Shown here: positions 58,649 through 64,000 of the stretch, in pieces
Position numbering within the stretch: position 1 is the stretch's first letter
How the letters are laid out: the number at the start of each line of letters is the position of its first letter
DNA from: Bacteroidia bacterium
Lineage (GTDB): Bacteria > Bacteroidota > Bacteroidia > Cytophagales > Cyclobacteriaceae
Length of the DNA stretch: 64,000 bases
Assembly: GCA_031384515.1 (NCBI GenBank)
Contig: JANNAQ010000013.1
Coordinates: 40,495 to 104,494, forward strand
Direction: 5' to 3'
Program-made: the position numbers and the translations under genes
The notes under the pieces: generated by a model
What the model saw: the letters and a program-made list of their open reading frames with translations, nothing else
What the model was told of the DNA's origin: nothing
Databases searched by the model: none

Positions 58649-59005
58649 ATGATAAATTTGTGTTTTTTAATATTTGTGTCTTTCTCGTTTTTTCAATTTG
58701 ACAATTCCAGAAAGATTTTGATTTTCGAGAATAATCAGCCCCTCGTAAAGACCCAGCAGAGTTGGTTAATGAAAGATAGCAGTGGCCTTGCTGAGCGTGA
58801 TATTCAGATTGTTTTAGTAAAAGAAGGCAGTACGTTGTTATCTCAGTATCGAGTTGCATCCAACCAGTTTGCTATCATTCTTATTGGCAAAGACGGAGGT
58901 GAAAAATTCAGATCACTTAAGCCTGAAACCATCGAAACACTTTTTGCCATTATTGATGCAATGCCCATGAGGCAATCTGAAATGAAGAAGAAAGGCCAAA
59001 GATGA
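58649..59005 (+). CDS. DUF4174 protein
   Basis: LAERDIQI, FAIILIGKDGGEK, IDAMPMRQSEM. Confidence 0.88.
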   Translation: MINLCFLIFVSFSFFQFDNSRKILIFENNQPLVKTQQSWLMKDSSGLAERDIQIVLVKEGSTLLSQYRVASNQFAIILIGKDGGEKFRSLKPETIETLFAIIDAMPMRQSEMKKKGQR

Positions 59006-59068
59006 ACTATTGAATTTCATTCACATTCAAAAAAATAAATCGCATAGTAATACCTACCTTGTAGCGAC

Positions 59069-59458
59069 ATGGATCGGCAACGAAATTCTTTAGCGGGGAA
59101 ACCACAGTCAAAAGTGGTGTTGATAATAGCACTGCTACTTAGCCTTCTTTCGTTTTCAGGCCAGGCGATTTACCAATCCAACAAGCATCACGCTGTCAAA
59201 ACGGAGCAAGTTGTTTCAATTAACAAATTTTCAAGGAAGAGTAAGATTATTAAGGTATCTCCCCATGAAAGTAGAGCAGTTGCCAGGTATTTCAATTACC
59301 AGAAATTGGGTGTGCTTTTATCGCATGCTCTTGCGATCAGGATTAGTATTGAACATATAAACCGCGAATCACTTACTTTCCCTAAGCCAATTGGTTTTTT
59401 TATTTACGATGTAACTCTTACTTCAGATGAGGATGACAAGATTTCAATAAGAGGATAA
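59069..59458 (+). CDS. Hypothetical protein with N-terminal hydrophobic segment
   Basis: 129-aa ORF; no recognised motif. Confidence 0.5.
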   Translation: MDRQRNSLAGKPQSKVVLIIALLLSLLSFSGQAIYQSNKHHAVKTEQVVSINKFSRKSKIIKVSPHESRAVARYFNYQKLGVLLSHALAIRISIEHINRESLTFPKPIGFFIYDVTLTSDEDDKISIRG

Positions 59459-59537
59459 TTCTATTCCTCCATTTGCCAGTTGCTGGCATTCAATAATCAC
59501 TATTCATTTAATCTGTGTTTAAAGGCTTCAGGTGATA

Positions 59538-59649
59538 GTCTTTTCGAGCGCGTTGCCCTTACTACTGGGCAATCACGTAGTTGCGAGAAATCTTCTAAGT
59601 AAAGCAGTTGAGTCTTTATGGTAAGGTTTCTCCCTACGGTCGAAAGGAC
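59538..59649. repeat. Degenerate nested palindromic element (GTC...GAC termini)
   Basis: Outer GTCTTTTCGA/TCGAAAGGAC; inner GAGAAATCT/AGGTTTCTC; internal TTGCCC/GGGCAA hairpin. Confidence 0.65.
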
Positions 59650-59663
59650 GTAAACTATTCAAA

Positions 59664-59849
59664 ATGAAAAAACTCAAAAAAACATTAAGGCGGTTTGGCT
59701 TGGTGTTACTCATTGTATTGGCACTAATGGGTGTTGGTGGAATTTCTATATTTTCTTCTCGTGAAAAAAGCCTGGACAATGAAATTAGAATTGAATTGGT
59801 CGATAAAAAGAAGGACGAAGATGACGGGGAAATGAAAGATGTCCAATAA
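59664..59849 (+). CDS. Small membrane protein
   Basis: Basic N-terminus, one TM, acidic tail; A-rich sequence upstream of the ATG. Confidence 0.6.
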   Translation: MKKLKKTLRRFGLVLLIVLALMGVGGISIFSSREKSLDNEIRIELVDKKKDEDDGEMKDVQ

Positions 59850-59890
59850 AGAGTGATCTTTGTCTTTAGTTTAAAGGTTCATCTCCATTC

Positions 59891-60364
59891 ATGGAAGAAA
59901 GTGCAATTGTTATTTATACGGATGGTAGTTGCAACTCTAAACATGGTGTTGGTGCATGGGCTTCCCTGCTTTTTATAGACGAAAGTAAAGTTGTATTGAC
60001 AGGAACGGAAGAACAAACGACTCATCAACGAATGGAACTTGAGGCCGTCATAAAATCGTTTGAGTATCTTGTGAAGGCTAACTTACTCCACAAAGCAGTG
60101 AAGCTTTATACCGATAGTCAGTATGTAACAGGTTTGTCAAGCAGGAAGATGAAATTGAATGCGTCTGGATTTATAACCAGGAAGAATGTGCCAATTCGCA
60201 ATTCCGACCTGGTGCGTATTCTTATTGAATATTCAGAAATGATGAATGTGCAATTTATAAAAGTGAAAGCTCACCAGAAAAATAACGATCAGAATAGAAA
60301 TCGTGAAGTGGACTTGCTGGTTAGAAAAATAGTTAGGCAAGAAGTAAATACACGATACAAGTAA
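59891..60364 (+). CDS. rnhA: Ribonuclease HI family protein
   Basis: IYTDGSC, T..RMELEAVI, YTDSQYV, VKAH, N.EVD. Confidence 0.85.
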   Translation: MEESAIVIYTDGSCNSKHGVGAWASLLFIDESKVVLTGTEEQTTHQRMELEAVIKSFEYLVKANLLHKAVKLYTDSQYVTGLSSRKMKLNASGFITRKNVPIRNSDLVRILIEYSEMMNVQFIKVKAHQKNNDQNRNREVDLLVRKIVRQEVNTRYK

Positions 60365-60375
60365 CTCGTATAGAC

Positions 60376-61182
60376 GTGCGATATTTTTTTCACATAGGTT
60401 TTAATGGATATAAGTATAGAGGTTGGCAGAGTCAACCGATTGCGCTTAATGTTCAACAGGTAGTTGAGAAAGCTCTTAGTAAGATATTGAAGGAGCCAAT
60501 GTCTATAATGGGATGTGGGAGAACAGATGCCCAAGTGCATGCCAGTCAGTTCTTTTTTCATGTGGATATAAGCAAGGAGTGGGATTATGACTTATTGTTT
60601 AGGATCAACAAGACGTTGCCGAATGACATTGCTGTTTTTGAGATCATTTCAGTATTGGATAACCAACATGCGCGTTTTGATGCTACGCAACGCACATACG
60701 ATTATTTTATTCATACCTACAAAGATCCCTTCTTGAACAATCTTAGTTCGCTGTATTTGGAGCGAAATCTCAACCTGGAAAAAATGAAGGAAGCCGTTTC
60801 GCTTCTGCCCAAGTATCATGACTATCGCGCATTGTGTAAAACGCCTGATGATTACCGCACCACTATTTGTAAGGTCACTTCGGCATACTTGTTTTCTGAT
60901 CCTTCAGGTGATAGACTACGGTTACAAATATCAGCAGACCGCTTTTTGGGGAAAATGATTCGTATCATTATGGGTAAACTTTTGGTGATTGGGAGGGGTG
61001 AGCTAAGTGTGGTGGAATTTGAAAGTTATCTGATCTCAAAAAAAACTCCTGCGACTTTTGAACCGGCTTATCCACAGGGGCTTTATCTTTCCAAGGTTAC
61101 CTATCCATATTTGGACATTCCTCCACGAGCTGAATTTTCGTCTATTCTTCACACCAATGTGGATGATTGGAAAATTCTTTAA
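60376..61182 (+). CDS. truA: tRNA pseudouridine synthase TruA family
   Basis: GCGRTDAQVHA, HARFDA..RTY.Y, FLGKMIR, AYPQGLYL. Confidence 0.88.
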   Translation: MRYFFHIGFNGYKYRGWQSQPIALNVQQVVEKALSKILKEPMSIMGCGRTDAQVHASQFFFHVDISKEWDYDLLFRINKTLPNDIAVFEIISVLDNQHARFDATQRTYDYFIHTYKDPFLNNLSSLYLERNLNLEKMKEAVSLLPKYHDYRALCKTPDDYRTTICKVTSAYLFSDPSGDRLRLQISADRFLGKMIRIIMGKLLVIGRGELSVVEFESYLISKKTPATFEPAYPQGLYLSKVTYPYLDIPPRAEFSSILHTNVDDWKIL

Positions 61183-61190
61183 AAGAGGAT

Positions 61191-61568
61191 ATGCGTAAAG
61201 AACTGGCGAAAGAGTTGGGGATTAGAAAAAAATTCAACGGTGTCTTCAGTCGAATAGGCAAGAAGACAGGCTTCAATGGTTATTCAGAAGAAACCATCTT
61301 GCTAAAAAATATTCGGGATTCAGAAACCAGTCAGATAGTAGCTGATCATATTTGGTTCAACTTCACGAAGGGTTTTGAAAAACTATCATTAACAGAAGGT
61401 ATTATCCTAGAGTTTGAAGCCAGGATAAAAGAATACAAAAAGGGATACATGAATTCGAAATACAAAATCAATAATAGCACTTCTGATTATAAATTAAGTC
61501 ACCCTTCACTCATAAAGCGAGTGGAACCAAAGCCAGAAGATTTAAACAAGGGTCAAAATAAGACCTAA
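61191..61568 (+). CDS. Hypothetical basic protein, possibly OB-fold
   Basis: Beta-rich pattern ETILLKNI...DHIWF...LEFEARIKEYKKGY; ATG at 61191 preferred over TTG at 61167. Confidence 0.65.
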   Translation: MRKELAKELGIRKKFNGVFSRIGKKTGFNGYSEETILLKNIRDSETSQIVADHIWFNFTKGFEKLSLTEGIILEFEARIKEYKKGYMNSKYKINNSTSDYKLSHPSLIKRVEPKPEDLNKGQNKT

Positions 61569-62629
61569 ACTCTTTCCAGTTTTATCGGATATGTTTTGTT
61601 GGCATTCCATTGACACACATAGATATTCTTGTCACCATCAATGCAAACATCGTGGCAATGATTAAAGATGGGTTTGTCCTGCACGATTAATTGAAGTTCT
61701 CCATTCGTGTAAACCGGTTTTGTTCCCCCTGGATTGGAAACAACCATGTTCTTCTTATTAAGAATAGTAACGAATCCGGAATTATCGGTTTGATTCAAAT
61801 ATCTCAACCGTGACCAACATACGCCAGCGTAGATATTCTCTCCATCCATTACCGGCCTGCACACAAAAGCGCCAGGAAGAAAAATAGTAGAAAGGTATTT
61901 ACCGTCAAGCGTAAATCGTTTAAACGAGTTGTGCCCGCGTGATGTGCAAAGCAGGGAAATGTTTTGCTTGTCTCGTTGGTCGATACACACGCCATGTGCT
62001 GTGCTAAAATTTGAGTCTTCATTGCCTGGGCCACCAAATTTTCGGATGAATTCACCCTTAGCGGTAAACTGAAGGATATATTGTGAGCCATACCCATCAG
62101 CTACGTAAATATCTCCATTCTGTGCAATCGCGGTTTCGGTTGGCTTATATGATAGAGCAGCTTCGTAAACACCAATCGTTTTTGGGTGAGACAGTTCCAT
62201 TAGTATTTTTCCATCCAAAGAGGTTTTTACAACTCTGCCTGCATCTGGATCGCATATGAAAAGAACTTCTTCCCCCCCCTCATCAAATAGTGTAAGCCCA
62301 TGACCGCCCGGAAACTCATGCCCCCAGCTTGAAATTAGTTTGCCCGATTTATCATATATTATAATGTTGTTTTTTACTTCATCAGTGATCATAATTAGCC
62401 GGCCCTTTTTATCCATCACCATTTCGTGACAGTTTTTCACAGGAGTTTTTTCAGGATCTAGATTCCCCCAGGCCTTGTGTACTTTGTATTGAAAATCGCC
62501 ATGCCCAATAACGTCTTCATTATATAGCGGCTGGCTTTTGATATTAAAAAGAGGAAGGCTAATAGCCGTGCCTGTTAGGGCGGTTAGTTGAAGAAATTCT
62601 CTTCTTGATTTTAGACTTGAATTTTCCAT
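61565..62629 (-). CDS. Tat-exported NHL/6-bladed beta-propeller protein (peptidylglycine lyase-like)
   Basis: SRREFL; HGLT, IYVADGYGSQY, HGVCID, HCHDVCID.D.NIYVCQW. Confidence 0.88.
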   Translation of the reverse strand: MENSSLKSRREFLQLTALTGTAISLPLFNIKSQPLYNEDVIGHGDFQYKVHKAWGNLDPEKTPVKNCHEMVMDKKGRLIMITDEVKNNIIIYDKSGKLISSWGHEFPGGHGLTLFDEGGEEVLFICDPDAGRVVKTSLDGKILMELSHPKTIGVYEAALSYKPTETAIAQNGDIYVADGYGSQYILQFTAKGEFIRKFGGPGNEDSNFSTAHGVCIDQRDKQNISLLCTSRGHNSFKRFTLDGKYLSTIFLPGAFVCRPVMDGENIYAGVCWSRLRYLNQTDNSGFVTILNKKNMVVSNPGGTKPVYTNGELQLIVQDKPIFNHCHDVCIDGDKNIYVCQWNANKTYPIKLERV

Positions 62630-62851
62630 AAGTATTGGGTCTTTCTAAAGGACAATCTACCAATTTTTTTTACCTGTCCGAGGACTTTAATTTTCTTTAA
62701 ATCAAATGCAGTCAGGCGGTTAATTTATCAACGAGAATTGGAAAAACTTAAATTTTGGCTAAAACATTACATCTATGGCCCTTAATGTGGCAAAAACTTA
62801 CCTCAGCCTCCTTTTATGCATATATTAGCGTAATTTAACCTATATATTAGC

Positions 62852-64000
62852 TTGAAACTAGCCCATTTAATCCTCAGTCTGTCACTCCTTTTGCCATTGT
62901 CTGGGTTTAGCCAGTTAGGAAAAATCATTAGGCCTGCCACAACGAGTGTAATGGACCCAAATGGAGATGGCTATATAACCCAAACCCAGCTGTCTTGCCA
63001 GAGCTATTGTAATTCTATCACTGATCCTATTAAAAAGGCAAATTGTTTAGCACAATGTCCCGCCTGTTCCAGCCAATGCTCGTTTTCTACTGACGGGTAT
63101 TATGTAGATGAATTTGAAATTAACATGTTCCCCATTCCACAACTTGGAGCGGGAGATGTAACCAATGACAATGTAGGAAACTCTTGTGGGATCACTGATC
63201 TCATTCCAGATAGCAGGGGACAGTCTGCCTATGCAGTACATCAAACCGATAATAATCAGAATAACCTTATTTTCAGATTCAGAGTTGGTGATGATAATCC
63301 AAGTGTAGAGTCCTGGACAATTCTTTTAGATACTGACGGACTTTTTGGTGCTAACGATCCTAATTCAACACCGGATAACCCCGGTTTTGAAATAGACATC
63401 ACCTTGATCAAAAGGAATAATGCTGGTGTGCGGGTTTATAATATTGACGGCATTGACAATTGCCCATCTCCTCTACTTAGCTATCCTATTTCATCGCATT
63501 TTCAAATTTCAATAGCAGATTTAGTAACGTGTGGCGATCCTGACTATTTCTATGATTTCTTTGTTCCATTTGACCAAATGGCCTCAGCTTTTGGAATTAG
63601 CACTGCCACTGGAATGAGATTTGTTGCGGTAACGAATGTTTCGGCAACCTGTGCCATGGCCGGTCAAATTGCCGATGTATCAGGAGTTGATAATAATGAT
63701 CCCGCATATAGTGGTTGCGTCACGTGCGCTTTTGATGATCTCGTGTCAAATCAATGCTCCACACCATTGTCAGATCTTTGCCCTTCATGTCCAGGATTTC
63801 AAAAGGATAAAGTTTATGCTCCTAATATTAAGCAGCCTCTATGGGCTGGACAAACCACCGTATCAGGGACAACGAATGTGTTAGATGCTGATAAGAACAT
63901 CTTTGTTTTGGTGGAGGTGTACACCTTCAATGGAACTTCATCCAATGGTGTAATAATTAATCCGTCTTGGCAAGCAACTCCAAGAATCTCAATTGGAGCA
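62852..64000 (+). CDS. Large secreted protein, 5' part (runs off the window; not in the ORF track)
   Basis: TTG start; signal peptide MKLAHLILSLSLLLPLSGFS-Q; 383 open codons to the window end. Confidence 0.85.
   Translation, partial: MKLAHLILSLSLLLPLSGFSQLGKIIRPATTSVMDPNGDGYITQTQLSCQSYCNSITDPIKKANCLAQCPACSSQCSFSTDGYYVDEFEINMFPIPQLGAGDVTNDNVGNSCGITDLIPDSRGQSAYAVHQTDNNQNNLIFRFRVGDDNPSVESWTILLDTDGLFGANDPNSTPDNPGFEIDITLIKRNNAGVRVYNIDGIDNCPSPLLSYPISSHFQISIADLVTCGDPDYFYDFFVPFDQMASAFGISTATGMRFVAVTNVSATCAMAGQIADVSGVDNNDPAYSGCVTCAFDDLVSNQCSTPLSDLCPSCPGFQKDKVYAPNIKQPLWAGQTTVSGTTNVLDADKNIFVLVEVYTFNGTSSNGVIINPSWQATPRISIGA

Noticed and set aside
959-63884. Many 60-180 aa ORFs in the track that overlap real genes (e.g. 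5826-6104, 38725-39276, 45718-46026, 50199-50675, 63636-63884)
   Set aside because: They are antisense or alternate-frame shadows of well-supported CDSs and show no motifs.
1-64000. tRNA, rRNA or known structured ncRNA
   Set aside because: No cloverleaf or rRNA-like conserved sequence seen by eye; tRNAscan-SE and Infernal would be needed to exclude them fully.

Overview
Bacteroidota chromosome segment (Cytophagales-like gene content, TAnnTTTG -7 promoters). Bases 1-28.4 kb are mostly housekeeping genes (yajC, nusB, carB, murQ, der, era, serS, rho, tex), with a GxxExxY nuclease gene inside inverted repeats inserted between carB and nusB. Bases 28.4-45.6 kb form an integrase-free accessory zone built in nested layers, each bracketed by a diverged duplicate of a neighbouring gene or its 3' end. 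(i) A 9.8-kb operon (membrane-anchored protein with a nonsense codon, 2636-aa kelch/FG-GAP/FN3 T9SS protein, secreted caspase) lies between two copies of the tex 3' end. (ii) Two disarmed toxin-antitoxin modules lie between three copies of the 3' end of one hypothetical gene. (iii) A mycobacterial-Sdh1-like succinate dehydrogenase operon plus the TA modules lies between two LpxR-family paralogs. Bases 45.8-64 kb carry a DUF1549/DUF1553-DUF1501-cytochrome c cluster, sugar-processing enzymes, ndh, RNase H, truA, an NHL protein and the 5' part of a secreted protein missing from the ORF track. No rRNA, tRNA, CRISPR array, integrase or transposase was recognised. All family assignments come from motif recognition by eye, not database searches.
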